From Chthoniobacterales bacterium (GTDB lineage Bacteria > Verrucomicrobiota > Verrucomicrobiia > Chthoniobacterales > Chthoniobacteraceae), in contig JBBQZX010000006.1 in the NCBI GenBank assembly GCA_038207335.1, positions 139,984-203,983 of the forward strand: a DNA stretch of 64,000 nt, given 5' to 3'. Both the position numbers and the translations under genes were made by a program. Of the stretch, positions 54,454-64,000 are shown piece by piece. Position 1 is the first letter of the stretch. Each line of letters opens with the position of its first letter. The notes under the pieces are model-generated. The model was not told where the DNA came from. It saw nothing but the letters and a program-made list of their open reading frames with translations, and made no database searches.

Positions 54454-55515
54454 TTAAAAGAGCTCCATCTGATCGCCGCGCACTCGGAATGCGCTTGTGG
54501 AAAGCTCCCGCTGCGTTTTCGGGAAACCCGCCTTCCGTTTCGCAGCGGCAAAAAGAACGCGCATCTGCTCCGCGAAAATTCCCTGGCCGCGCATCCGCGT
54601 GCCCCAGCGCGAGTCGTAGAGCTTGCCGCCGCACATGTCGCGCACGCGTCCCAGCACCTTGTCCTTGTTCCCCGGCGCTTGCCGTTCGAGCCACGCCTCG
54701 AAAAGCGGAGCCACCGCCCACGGCAATCGCAGCGGGACGAAGTGCGCTTCTTCCGCTCCAGCGCGCGCCGCTGCCGCGAGCAGCGCTGGCATCTCGTGAT
54801 CGGTGAGCCCAGGGATCACCGGTGCCATCATCACGCGCACCGGCACGCCTGCCGCAGCGAGTTTCTCGACCGCCGCGAGTCGGCGCGACGGCGGCGAAGC
54901 GCGCGGCTCGAGCACTTTTGCCAACTCGCCGTCGAGCGTCGTGATGGAGATATTCACCGCCACCGCGTCGTGCGCCGTCAGCTCGCGCAGCAGGTCGATG
55001 TCACGCGTGACGAGATGATTTTTCGTAATGATCGCGACCGGATTTCTGAACTCCGCAAACACCGCGAGGCACCGCCGCGTCAACTCCAGTCGCCGCTCGA
55101 TCGGCTGGTAGCAATCCGTCACACCACTCATCGCGACCACTTGCGGTGCCCACGACTTTTTCAAAAACTCCGCGCGCAAAAGCTCCGGCGCGCGCTCCTT
55201 CACCATGATCTTCGACTCGAAATCTAGCCCCGCCGAAAAGCCGTGATACTCGTGAGTCGGTCGCGCGAAACAGTAAGCGCACCCATGCTCGCAACCGCGG
55301 TAAGGATTCAGCCCCGCTCGAAACGGAATGTCCGGGCTTTCATTCCAACTGATGATCGACTGCGACGCGTCGCGCAGAAAAATCGTCCGCCGCGGCGGAT
55401 CCTCATCGCTGCCGTCCTCGGGCTCAGCGACGTATTCGAGCTGCTCGAATCGGTTTTTGGGATTTGATGCCGAGCCGCGCGCACCCGGGGCAGGGGAGAG
55501 AGGTTGAAAGAACAT
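54454..55515 (-). CDS. PA0069/Rv2578c-type radical SAM protein (SplB-like)
   Basis: LNPYRGCEHGCAYCFARPTHEY (CxxxCxxC), TDCYQPIER and LEPRA…RL. Confidence 0.92.
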   Translation of the reverse strand: MFFQPLSPAPGARGSASNPKNRFEQLEYVAEPEDGSDEDPPRRTIFLRDASQSIISWNESPDIPFRAGLNPYRGCEHGCAYCFARPTHEYHGFSAGLDFESKIMVKERAPELLRAEFLKKSWAPQVVAMSGVTDCYQPIERRLELTRRCLAVFAEFRNPVAIITKNHLVTRDIDLLRELTAHDAVAVNISITTLDGELAKVLEPRASPPSRRLAAVEKLAAAGVPVRVMMAPVIPGLTDHEMPALLAAAARAGAEEAHFVPLRLPWAVAPLFEAWLERQAPGNKDKVLGRVRDMCGGKLYDSRWGTRMRGQGIFAEQMRVLFAAAKRKAGFPKTQRELSTSAFRVRGDQMELF

Positions 55516-55566
55516 CGCGTGTTCAGAATAACACGCCGTCAACTCCTCCGCCTCACTTACGAGAGA

Positions 55567-56688
55567 CTAGCGCTCCTCGTGTGAGGTTAGAGTCGCGAGA
55601 GCGCTTTCAACGTCGGCGAGGGTGCCGATCGGGACGAACATCCGGTATCGCCACTCATCCGGCGAATTGACCTTTGCCGGCGAATGAATCCGGAAGACGC
55701 AGTTCCACTTCACGACTCTCTCCCGGACGAATCTAAAGCGCCCATAGCCCGGTCCGCGCGACCTGCCATCGGTGCTTTTCGGAGCGAAGATGCCCATCGC
55801 GAATGCGCCGTCGGCTGTGGAGAGGGCGACGGGGTCGGGCTGCTCGCCGGGGCCGTCGCTGAGGGGCTCGAGCTTATTAGTTTTGGGATTCAGATGCCAG
55901 AAACGCTCGAAGGCTGCGGGCATGTATCCGGTGAGCGCTTCGATTTGCGCATCGGCGTGCGGTTCATTCGCCGGGATCGTGTAGATGATCGAGTAGTCGA
56001 GCACGTTCGGAAGGCCGGGAATGCCGATGGTTACTTGCTTCGCGAGAAGATGGCGCGAAAGTGCAGTCGTATTTCGTGCGAGGTCGCCGCCGGATTTTTC
56101 GCCGGGCTTCAGCCAGAAAGCCATTTGTGTGAGGGTGCTCAAGTGGTTCGTGGCGGCTTTGAGTTTCAGGAGGCGGCTCGTGCTGGATGGGCCTGCACCG
56201 TCGTGTCGCGAACCGGCTTCGGTGGGGTTGAATACTTCGGAGTTGTGCGTCTGCGAGATGTCGAATCCCGAGGCGGATTGGAGCTGGCGCCCGTGATCGA
56301 CGCTGTCGATGAACTCGCGGTCATTCCATGTGAGCGAATGGATCGCGCCGGCGAGCCTCGAGGTGGTGGTGATGACGATCTCGGAGCCCGCGAATGGCGC
56401 GCGAATGACGGAGTCACCAGACACGGCGGCTGCGACCGGATCGTTTTTGTGTGCCTGAAAATATGCTGCGATTGCTTCGCGCTGGGCGGGTTCGCGTTCG
56501 CTCGGCTCGAGCGCGAGGCACGCGCGGATTTCCGCTGGAAGGGCATTTGCGGGCGATTGGGCTTGCCAGGATTGGGTGACTGCCGCTTCCCATTCGAGCT
56601 GTTTCGGGTCAGGTTGTTCGGACGTTGCCGCGCGCAGTGAGGTGGTGAGGCTGAGGAAGATCAGGACGTGCAGGGATGGTGAATTCAC
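55567..56688 (-). CDS. Exported hypothetical protein (beta-sandwich-like C-terminal domain)
   Basis: A signal-like segment follows GTG 56688. AGAIHSLTWNDREFIDSVDHGRQLQSA, NPTEAGS and EALTGYMP look like conserved blocks. The start is uncertain. Confidence 0.7.
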   Translation of the reverse strand: MNSPSLHVLIFLSLTTSLRAATSEQPDPKQLEWEAAVTQSWQAQSPANALPAEIRACLALEPSEREPAQREAIAAYFQAHKNDPVAAAVSGDSVIRAPFAGSEIVITTTSRLAGAIHSLTWNDREFIDSVDHGRQLQSASGFDISQTHNSEVFNPTEAGSRHDGAGPSSTSRLLKLKAATNHLSTLTQMAFWLKPGEKSGGDLARNTTALSRHLLAKQVTIGIPGLPNVLDYSIIYTIPANEPHADAQIEALTGYMPAAFERFWHLNPKTNKLEPLSDGPGEQPDPVALSTADGAFAMGIFAPKSTDGRSRGPGYGRFRFVRERVVKWNCVFRIHSPAKVNSPDEWRYRMFVPIGTLADVESALATLTSHEER

Positions 56689-56788
56689 GATGCTGGAGTG
56701 TCGGGAATGGGGACGTGGCGGTTCAAGGCGTTTGGGCGCTCGCGTGCTCCGCCCAGACCTGGACCCGCCGCCGGATTGACGATTCCGG

Positions 56789-58714
56789 CTACAGGAGGCG
56801 AGCGCTGATGCTTTCCATGTCGTACACGCAGCCGCCCCATGTGCCGCCGCTCGCCTGCTGCAGCGCGGCCCAGAGACGGGTATCGTCGGGGAGTTCCGGA
56901 TGGGGCTTGAGATCGGAGTGCGGTGGCCGGGAAACAAGCAGGGATGCGCCTTCCGCGGCGGTGCCGATACTGCTCAGGTCGCCGATGAAATCGAGGGAGC
57001 CGGTCATTTTTACTCGATCGACGACGATGCGAATCCAGTCGCCGTCGCGCAGTTTTCCGATCGGCCCCCCGGCAAGCGCCTCGGGGCCTATGTGGCCGAT
57101 GCAGGCGCCGGTGGACACGCCGGAAAAGCGCGCGTCGGTGATGAGCGCGACATGTTTTCCGAACGGCAGATGCTTCAGCGCGGAGGTGACTTGATATGTC
57201 TCCTCCATGCCCGTGCCCAGTGGCCCGACGCCCGCGAGGACCATTACGTCGCCGGCTTGGATGCGGCCTTCGCGGATGGCTGCGATCGCCGCGGCTTCGC
57301 TCGTGAAAACGCGCGCAGGCCCTTCCTTAGCAAATACTCCATCGGCATCGACGACGCTCGGATCGATCGCGGTACTTTTGATGACGGAGCCTTCGGGCGC
57401 GAGATTTCCGACCGGGAAAACCAGCGTGCCCGTCAGCCCGCGCGCGCTCGCCCGGGCCGCGGACATGATGACTTCGTCCGGCTCCACGCCGTCCTGCTCG
57501 CGCAGAATTTCGCGAAAACGGGTTCGGCGCTCGGACTCTCTCCACGCATCGAGATTCTCGCCGACGGTGCGCCCGGTCGAGGTCATCGCGGTCGTGTCGA
57601 GGAGGCCGAGTTCGCGCAGATGCAACATAACTTCCGGCACGCCGCCGGCGAGAAAAGCGCGGACGGTCGGGTGATGCTGGGGGCCGTTGGGCAGCACATC
57701 GACGAGGCGTGGGACGCTGCGGTTCACCTCGATCCAATCGGCGACCGATGGGCGCGGAAGGCCCGCGGAATGGGCGATCGCGGGGATGTGCAGCACCAGA
57801 TTCGTGGAGCCGCCAAATGCCGCGTGGACGACCATTGCGTTGCGAATGCTCGCGGGTGTGACGATGTCGCGCATCGTGATTTTGCGAGCCTCCAACTCGC
57901 TCACGGCATCCGCGGCGCGCGTTGCGATTTCCATCCAGACCGGCTGGCCGGACGGCGCTAGTGCGGTGTGTGGGAGCGCCATTCCGAGCGCCTCGGCCAC
58001 GACTTGGGAAGTCGCGGCGGTACCCAGAAATTGGCAGCCGCCGCCGGGCGAGGCGCATGCGCGGCAGCCGAGTTCGGCGGCTTCGGAAAGAGTGAGCAGA
58101 CCGCGCGAATATCGCGCGCCGATCGTCTGCACCGCACCCGCATCCTCGCCATCGCTAGGCGGTAGCGTGACTCCGCCAGGCACGAGAACGCACGGCAAGT
58201 CGCGCATCGCGGCGAGCGCCATCATCATCGCTGGCAGGCCCTTGTCACATGTCGCGATGCCGATCACGCCGGCGCGGCGCGGCAGCGAGCGGATGAGCCG
58301 GCGGAAGACGAGCGCGGCGTCGTTGCGAAACGGGAGGCTGTCGAACATGCCGGTGGTACCCTGCGTGCGGCCATCGCATGGGTCGGAGCAGTAGGCTGCG
58401 AAAGGCACGGCGTGCAGCGCGCGAATGCGCTCGGCGGCCGCTCTCACAAGCAGCCCGATTTCCCAATGTCCCGTATGATATCCGAGCGCGATCGGCTTGC
58501 CATCTGGCGCGCGCAGTCCACCCTGTGTGCTGAGGATGAGGAACTGTTTTCCATTTGCCAGAGCCGCTTCCCAGCCCATGCCGACATTTTGAGTGAGGCC
58601 GAAAATGTCGCCGCTTGCGCTTTCGCGCAGCAGCGAATCCGTGAGCGGAAGTGCGCCCGCGGGGCCGCGTGCGCGGGTGCGGATTTGGTAAATCGAATCG
58701 TCGCTGGAGAACAT
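56789..58714 (-). CDS. YjhG/YagF family D-xylonate dehydratase (IlvD/Edd family)
   Basis: [51 protein letters not shown] and [11 protein letters not shown]. Confidence 0.92.
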   Translation of the reverse strand: MFSSDDSIYQIRTRARGPAGALPLTDSLLRESASGDIFGLTQNVGMGWEAALANGKQFLILSTQGGLRAPDGKPIALGYHTGHWEIGLLVRAAAERIRALHAVPFAAYCSDPCDGRTQGTTGMFDSLPFRNDAALVFRRLIRSLPRRAGVIGIATCDKGLPAMMMALAAMRDLPCVLVPGGVTLPPSDGEDAGAVQTIGARYSRGLLTLSEAAELGCRACASPGGGCQFLGTAATSQVVAEALGMALPHTALAPSGQPVWMEIATRAADAVSELEARKITMRDIVTPASIRNAMVVHAAFGGSTNLVLHIPAIAHSAGLPRPSVADWIEVNRSVPRLVDVLPNGPQHHPTVRAFLAGGVPEVMLHLRELGLLDTTAMTSTGRTVGENLDAWRESERRTRFREILREQDGVEPDEVIMSAARASARGLTGTLVFPVGNLAPEGSVIKSTAIDPSVVDADGVFAKEGPARVFTSEAAAIAAIREGRIQAGDVMVLAGVGPLGTGMEETYQVTSALKHLPFGKHVALITDARFSGVSTGACIGHIGPEALAGGPIGKLRDGDWIRIVVDRVKMTGSLDFIGDLSSIGTAAEGASLLVSRPPHSDLKPHPELPDDTRLWAALQQASGGTWGGCVYDMESISARLL

Positions 58715-58808
58715 GGCTGGCGCGACTTTGCCAGAGTGCGCCACGGTTGGATACCGCGCGCAATTGCCTTGCGCTTCGCGAGGCGCGCGACGCAGCCTCT
58801 GAGGCCCG

Positions 58809-61800
58809 ATGCGTTGCCCCCGATTGCTCATTTTTGCAGCGTTCGCCGCGCTCCTTTTCGCGCCGTTTTTCGCTACCGGCCAGTCGCCCGCAAAGCCTGC
58901 ACCAGCTTTCATCGGCCAGCTTTCACTTGTGCGCTACGACATGCCGATCGGTCTCTCGGACGGATACGCGCCGACGCGCCAACTCGCGGTCGCAAAAGCC
59001 GATGAAGACGCGGTGGACTGGCCGGATTTCACGCTGAATGATGCACCGATCTTTCGCGGGAAATCGGAGGAAAAAATCGAGTTGAAATCGCGCAGTGGCG
59101 CGGAGGCAAAACCGCTTTTTCAGGCCCGGGGCGACGACGTGATCCAGCCGGGAAATCACTGGTTCCGCGCGCTGGAATGGCGGCTCGGACGGCGGCACAT
59201 TTACACGGCTGACAAGACCGCACGCTGCGCAAATACGAGCGGATCGCGAAGCGGCAAATACGAGCTCTGGACGTTTCCGATTTCGATCAAAGGTGAAGGC
59301 GGTCCGGTGGTGAAAAATGTCGAGCTCAGCTGCGGCGGCAAGACGGTGTATCGCAAGCTGGGACCCTGGCGCTCGCTCACGCTGCTCCTGCCCGCCAGCG
59401 AGCCTGGTAAGCCATTCGAACTGCGCGTCGCTGGACGTCCGACCGTGACGTTTCAGACCGGCTTGATGCCAGTAAAGTTGGGCGATCCGCGAGAGCGCGT
59501 ATTCCCCGTGAATGCCGTGCTGGCGGGCGATGGACCGCGGATCACGATCTCGAATCTCGCGCGGCCCGAGCGATTTCCAAATCCGAAAGAATGGGCAGCG
59601 GACGTTGCGGCACTCGGTCGTCCGCTTTTCGAATCACCGACGGCCGAACAGTCGTCGAGTTCACTCTCACGCCATCTGGGTGTGGATGTTCCGCACTCGC
59701 CGCTCACGATTTACGCGGCGGCTCTTCCGCATGGAATGAGCGGCGGATTTTTCAAGAAAGGAACAAAGGCTGACGACTACGCGGAACTCGCCGCGGAGAC
59801 CGGATACGACGCGATTTTCGATCCCGCAAGCGTGCTGGCGGAGCCGGGAGATTCGGAGAGTTTCGAGCAGCGCGCGGCGGAGTTTGCGCGGCGTGGAGTT
59901 CAACTCGGCTTGCAGTACGACAACAACTGGACGCGGCCCGCACTCCAGCATCCGAACGTCGCTTTTTTTGCCCACACGCTGCCGGAATGGCACGCGCCGT
60001 TGTACCGCAGCCTTTCCCTCGCCGCTCAAAGATTCGCGAGCGTGCCAAATTTCGCCGGCATTCAGATCGGCGCGGATTGCGCGGGATACGCGCCGTTTTG
60101 GGATTGGGCACCGCCGATTCCCGATCGGCCGTGGGGCGAGGGGATGATCGAATTCATGGGCACGCAACAGCCCCGCGTGCCAGTCGGGCCGGGCCTCGGC
60201 GCTTCAGCATCGGCGATCGAGACGCCGGTGAAGACGATGGATGAATTCATCAAGTATGTGCAGCGCTACGACGCTTCGTTTCGGCAATACGGATACTTCG
60301 CGGAGGCGGTGCGCGAGGTGGATCCGGGGATGATTTTCACGACGGGGTCGTTCGGGAGTTCCCCTGGCCAAGGCGGGCGCGGCGGCTGGCCGTGGGCCTC
60401 GATTCCGGGGCGAGATATGTTCGGCGGCTTCGAGACGCAGCAGGCTTACGACTGGAATGAACTGCACTCGTCGAAGCCGATGCACAACGTGGCGCTCGTC
60501 GATCGGCTGCACAGTTATTCCCCAGCGAAGACGACGTGGACGATCATCGACAATTTCCGATTTCTCTTTGGCCGCGAGCCGATGCAGCGCGCGTATGCGC
60601 TGTCGCTCACGCGAGGGGTGCAGGGCGTCGGCACGAATTTCCTCGCGCATTCGGCTGGCGACGGTGCGCGGCCGGATGTGGTGGCGTGGCAGACGGAACT
60701 TTTCGCGTGGATGCGGAAATATGGCGGCGTGTATGCGCGGACGGAGCCGGAGCCTGTGATCGGCATTTTTTTCGGACAGCTTCAGGCGGTGCAGCGCCGC
60801 GTGCTGACTGGTGAAAATCCGCCGGAGGCAGCGCTCTTCGACGGGTCGCACGAGGGCAAGGTGACCGAGGCGCTTTTCCTTTGCCACGCTGCGGGGTGGC
60901 CGGCGCGAGTCATCACCTACCAAGAGTTGATGCGTGATCCGCTGCCGGATTCTATGCGAGCACTCCTGCTTGTCGGACTGGATGAGGCGGATAAATCGTG
61001 GACATGGGCGCCTGGCCTCGCGGCACCTTTGCAGCGCTTTCTCGACCACGGTGGACGAATCCTCGCGGATGAAAATTCGACATGCCCGGTCACCTCGATC
61101 CAAACCGAAATGCGGATCGCCTCGTATGTTCCGCAGAGCAATTTCGACGCGACGCCGCTCCTTTTCTCTCGAAATGTCGGCAATATCGAAAAGCTGCGCG
61201 CGGCCATGGACGGCGTGCCATCGCCGGTTGCGGTCTCCGAATCGCCGACTGTCTGGGCGATCCCAACCGCCTGCGGCGACACGAAATATGTGACGGTGGT
61301 GAACCAGGGATTTGCCGAAGGCGACGACGCGAAAGAGATGCTGCTCCCTCGCGATCCGAAGGCGACAAAGCCGGAGCCATGGAAGACAAAGGGCAACGCG
61401 AGTCTCTACGTGAAACCGCAAATCGGCGCGCTGCGCTGGACGACCGACCGGCCGATTTACGATGTGCGGCTCGGACGCAAAATCAGCGCCAGCGAGGCTT
61501 CGACGGTGGACCTGGAGCGCGACGCCTTCGTTTGGTACGCCCTTCCGCCCGCGGAAGTCGTGCAGCCAGAACTCGTGGTAAAAATGAGTGCCGCGGGATT
61601 TTTCGAGGCTACGGCGACGATGACGAATCATAGCGCAATGAGCGGGATTCCGGTGCAATTCACCGTTGCGCGCGGCAACGATTCTGCAGCGGTTTTTTCG
61701 ACCACGGGAGCCCCTACGCGCCTGCCGCTGAGCCTGAGCGACGCGGCGGGGGAGTACACTGTCACCGCGACCGAACTGCTCACCGGCCTCAATCGAGTCG

Positions 61801-62330
61801 AGAAGGTCAACGTGAAGCCCCCGCGCCTCGCGCCGACCGCGCAAGGCGTGCAAATGCCGCAGCGAAAAGCGGTGGCAAAGTTTGCCGCGCGTAAACATGT
61901 CGCACTCACGATCGCGCTTACCGAAGAGCAACTCCGCAATCCCGAAATCGTGAAGCAGGCGAAAGCGCTCGCGGATTTCTACCGCCAGCAAAAACGGATC
62001 GTGCCAGGGAAATTCGCGCTCATCGCTCCCGGTGGAATCGTCGAGAGCCTGCAGCCGCTGCGCTCGCCGAACCGCTACCCGCAATGGAAAACGAGCCCGA
62101 CCGATTTGATCCTCATCGGAACACCCGCAAACAACCTGCTGATCATGGACCAAGCCCGCGCCCACATCTTCCCGAGCGAAGTGGTGGCATTGACGCCGGG
62201 AAGGCCCGAAGTCATCTACACGCGTTCCCCATTCGTCGGCGAATACGACGCAGTGAACATTCTCGCGTCCGACCCGTCCGACATCGCAGCCGCCGTGGCT
62301 GCAATCAAGGTCTCAGGAGCCGCGAAATGA
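58809..62330 (+). CDS. Large exported hypothetical protein (possible glycoside-hydrolase-like barrel)
   Basis: Signal peptide, 1173-aa open frame and a Trp/Tyr/Gly-rich central region. No motif I can name with confidence. Confidence 0.75.
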   Translation: MRCPRLLIFAAFAALLFAPFFATGQSPAKPAPAFIGQLSLVRYDMPIGLSDGYAPTRQLAVAKADEDAVDWPDFTLNDAPIFRGKSEEKIELKSRSGAEAKPLFQARGDDVIQPGNHWFRALEWRLGRRHIYTADKTARCANTSGSRSGKYELWTFPISIKGEGGPVVKNVELSCGGKTVYRKLGPWRSLTLLLPASEPGKPFELRVAGRPTVTFQTGLMPVKLGDPRERVFPVNAVLAGDGPRITISNLARPERFPNPKEWAADVAALGRPLFESPTAEQSSSSLSRHLGVDVPHSPLTIYAAALPHGMSGGFFKKGTKADDYAELAAETGYDAIFDPASVLAEPGDSESFEQRAAEFARRGVQLGLQYDNNWTRPALQHPNVAFFAHTLPEWHAPLYRSLSLAAQRFASVPNFAGIQIGADCAGYAPFWDWAPPIPDRPWGEGMIEFMGTQQPRVPVGPGLGASASAIETPVKTMDEFIKYVQRYDASFRQYGYFAEAVREVDPGMIFTTGSFGSSPGQGGRGGWPWASIPGRDMFGGFETQQAYDWNELHSSKPMHNVALVDRLHSYSPAKTTWTIIDNFRFLFGREPMQRAYALSLTRGVQGVGTNFLAHSAGDGARPDVVAWQTELFAWMRKYGGVYARTEPEPVIGIFFGQLQAVQRRVLTGENPPEAALFDGSHEGKVTEALFLCHAAGWPARVITYQELMRDPLPDSMRALLLVGLDEADKSWTWAPGLAAPLQRFLDHGGRILADENSTCPVTSIQTEMRIASYVPQSNFDATPLLFSRNVGNIEKLRAAMDGVPSPVAVSESPTVWAIPTACGDTKYVTVVNQGFAEGDDAKEMLLPRDPKATKPEPWKTKGNASLYVKPQIGALRWTTDRPIYDVRLGRKISASEASTVDLERDAFVWYALPPAEVVQPELVVKMSAAGFFEATATMTNHSAMSGIPVQFTVARGNDSAAVFSTTGAPTRLPLSLSDAAGEYTVTATELLTGLNRVEKVNVKPPRLAPTAQGVQMPQRKAVAKFAARKHVALTIALTEEQLRNPEIVKQAKALADFYRQQKRIVPGKFALIAPGGIVESLQPLRSPNRYPQWKTSPTDLILIGTPANNLLIMDQARAHIFPSEVVALTPGRPEVIYTRSPFVGEYDAVNILASDPSDIAAAVAAIKVSGAAK

Positions 62331-62429
62331 TTTCTCTCGCGAGCGGATCTCGGCATTGAAAAGGGCGTTGCAAAATTCGGTTCGTTCCAGCACTTTTGCG
62401 CCAATCGCGGCGCAGTCCGCACCGCACTC

Positions 62430-62500
62430 GCGGGTGTAGTTCAATGGTAGAACGGCAGCTTCCCAAGCTGCATACGGGAGTTCGATTCTCCTCACCCGCT
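62430..62500 (+). tRNA. tRNA-Gly (anticodon CCC), CCA end not encoded
   Basis: GCGGGTG/CACCCGC acceptor stem, TAGTTCAATGGTAGAAC D arm, GCAGC-TTCCCAA-GCTGC anticodon arm and GGGAG-TTCGATT-CTCCT T arm. Confidence 0.97.
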
Positions 62501-62535
62501 CCCTCTTTACTCTGTAGATGGCTTCGACGCAGGCT

Positions 62536-62592
62536 TGTCCAAGGCTGTCCAAACTTGCCATTTTCTTCAAAGTGGGACAGTGTAGTGGGACA
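62536..62592. repeat. Two pairs of short direct repeats in opposite orientation (candidate integrase arm-type sites)
   Basis: TGTCCAA at 62536 and 62546; AGTGGGACA (reverse complement TGTCCCACT) at 62571 and 62584. Confidence 0.7.
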
Positions 62593-63653
62593 TGAGCACT
62601 CCTGCAAAACTGACCCGAGGCATCTACAAGCGGGGAAACATCTACTGGCTCAAATTTCAGCGCGACGGCAAGCGGCGTTATATCTCGCTGGATACCGCCG
62701 ATCCCGTCGAGGCGATCACTCGATCGAACGATCTGCGGGGGCATCGTTTCCCGGATGAAAAAACGCCATTCCTCCGCTCAGTGGAGGAATTCCTCGCGGA
62801 AAAACAACGGCTGAACCTCTATTCCCGCGCAACCGCTCGCGTGCATGGTGCCGCGTTGCGAGAGTTTGGCGGGCGTGCCGAAGGCCGTTCGCTTGACGCC
62901 ATCCCGCCGAAGCTTGCCCGTGACCATTACGAGGCGCTGCAGGCGCGTGCCTCCGAAACGACTGCGCAGATTCACGTCCGCGCACTGCGGGCGTTTTTCA
63001 ACGCTCACAAAAAGATCGCCCGCATCAATCCGTTTGCAGACCTTGAACTCGCAAAAATCGATCAACCGGCACGGGTCATCTATTGCACCAAGCCGCAACG
63101 CGAGACTCTGATCAAAGCGGCGTCGAATGACGACCTGCTGTTCATTCTACTCGCCGGATTCGATGCGGGACTGCGAAAAAATGAGATCATTGAGGCGCGG
63201 GTTTTTTTCTTCGACATGGCGGGGCACGCGACTCACCTGCAAAACACGGCGACTCTGCGGCTGAAAGATAACGAAGCCAGGGCGATTCCGATGACCAAAC
63301 GATTCCGGCTATTCTTGCGTCGCTATTTGAAGGGCAAGCAGCCCGACGACTTCGCGCTCAAACCGGAAGTCGCGCATGGCAAGGGCACCTACCGCTATGA
63401 TTTCCACCGCCCCTTCAACGACTTTCTCGATGCCGTGGACGACAACGGGCAGTCTTTGGGGCGGCGCACGATGACGTTCAACAATCGGCGCGTCACCGCC
63501 CATGTCATGCGCCACACGTTCGCATCCCTGCTGGTGCAGGCAGGCGTCAGTATCTACAAGGTTGCCCGCTGGCTCGGCGATGGCGTTGAGGTCGTGGAGG
63601 ACCACTACGGGCATTTGGCTCCGAAGGACTCCGACATTGAGAAAGCGCGATGA
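62592..63653 (+). CDS. Tyrosine recombinase / phage integrase
   Basis: N-terminal GIYKRGNIYWLKF…GKRRYISL, AGLRKNE (R), HVMRHTFAS (HxxR) and HYGHL (Y). Confidence 0.95.
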   Translation: MSTPAKLTRGIYKRGNIYWLKFQRDGKRRYISLDTADPVEAITRSNDLRGHRFPDEKTPFLRSVEEFLAEKQRLNLYSRATARVHGAALREFGGRAEGRSLDAIPPKLARDHYEALQARASETTAQIHVRALRAFFNAHKKIARINPFADLELAKIDQPARVIYCTKPQRETLIKAASNDDLLFILLAGFDAGLRKNEIIEARVFFFDMAGHATHLQNTATLRLKDNEARAIPMTKRFRLFLRRYLKGKQPDDFALKPEVAHGKGTYRYDFHRPFNDFLDAVDDNGQSLGRRTMTFNNRRVTAHVMRHTFASLLVQAGVSIYKVARWLGDGVEVVEDHYGHLAPKDSDIEKAR

Positions 63654-63655
63654 TT

Positions 63656-63868
63656 TCAGCCCCTCTTGAGAGCAGCGGCAGCTTCCGCGTATTTGCGTGT
63701 GTCAATCGCGCGGTCGAGATCGACTCGATCATAGAGCGTCGAACCTTTTCGACGCGAAAATGGCTCCACGGCCAGTTCCTTTAGCATCGTCTCGCCACCC
63801 ACATAGTCGGCGGCGTCCTCAGCGCGCAATAGGCGCGGGAGCATGGCGATTACGGCGGAATACTTCAT
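63656..63868 (-). CDS. Excisionase-like small DNA-binding protein
   Basis: 70 aa with PRLLRAEDAADYVG…LYDRVDLDRAID (MerR/HTH_17-like pattern), convergent with the integrase. Confidence 0.75.
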   Translation of the reverse strand: MKYSAVIAMLPRLLRAEDAADYVGGETMLKELAVEPFSRRKGSTLYDRVDLDRAIDTRKYAEAAAALKRG

Positions 63869-63886
63869 TGGTTGTTCAGGTGCGTT

Positions 63887-64000
63887 CTACGCGGCACACG
63901 GGCGAAGAAGCAGGCGACGAACGGCTGTGCCTACGCTTTCTTCGGGGTCGATTTCCGGGAGTAGATAGTTCGGTTCCACTTCAAAGAGCCGGACAAAATA
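63887..64000 (-). CDS. 3' end of a hypothetical element gene (partial)
   Basis: Open frame from the window end, YFVRLFEVEPNYLLPEIDPEESVGTAVRRLLLRPCAA*, with its stop 18 nt before the excisionase-like start. Confidence 0.4.
   Translation of the reverse strand, partial: YFVRLFEVEPNYLLPEIDPEESVGTAVRRLLLRPCAA

Larger units (their letters stand above)
62501..64000. mobile_element. Left end of a prophage or integrative element inserted at tRNA-Gly(CCC)
   Basis: An integrase starts 91 nt after the tRNA, with short repeats in the spacer and a convergent excisionase-like gene downstream. The element continues past the window end. Confidence 0.85.

Noticed and set aside
1..64000. CRISPR array, cas genes or rRNA
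   Set aside because: No regularly spaced 25-45 nt direct repeats, cas motifs or rRNA-like sequence were seen by eye.

Overview
High-GC bacterial chromosome segment. It is most consistent with Verrucomicrobiota (Chthoniobacter/Spartobacteria-like), inferred from a DUF1501 + PSD1/planctomycete cytochrome c pair, two sulfatases, an IEPLEARIAPA-type exported protein and a giant Calx-beta protein. The core backbone comprises an M16 peptidase (cut by the window start), a DinG-family helicase, mreB-mreC-mreD-mrdA-RNase E/G (no rodA), a PhoB/PhoR-like two-component pair, a PilT ATPase, an HpnD-like squalene/phytoene synthase, two AsmA/TamB-like proteins, a site-2 protease, a PA0069-type radical SAM enzyme and a D-xylonate dehydratase. 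Accessory material includes decayed gene remnants (8.9-10.1 kb, 30.3-31.4 kb, 42.5 kb), a lower-GC DUF2971 gene, a SUV3-like helicase with a structured leader, and an orphan atypical histidine kinase. The last 1.5 kb is the left end of an element integrated at tRNA-Gly(CCC), with a tyrosine integrase, a convergent excisionase-like gene and four candidate arm-type repeats. No CRISPR array or rRNA is visible. I cannot demonstrate a complete new system from this window. The best leads are the membrane protein / degenerate ABC ATPase / hpnD operon, the SUV3 helicase locus, the alveolin-like exported protein, a candidate rod-shaped RNA at 7.45-7.64 kb and the integrated element. All family calls come from motif recognition by eye, not database searches.
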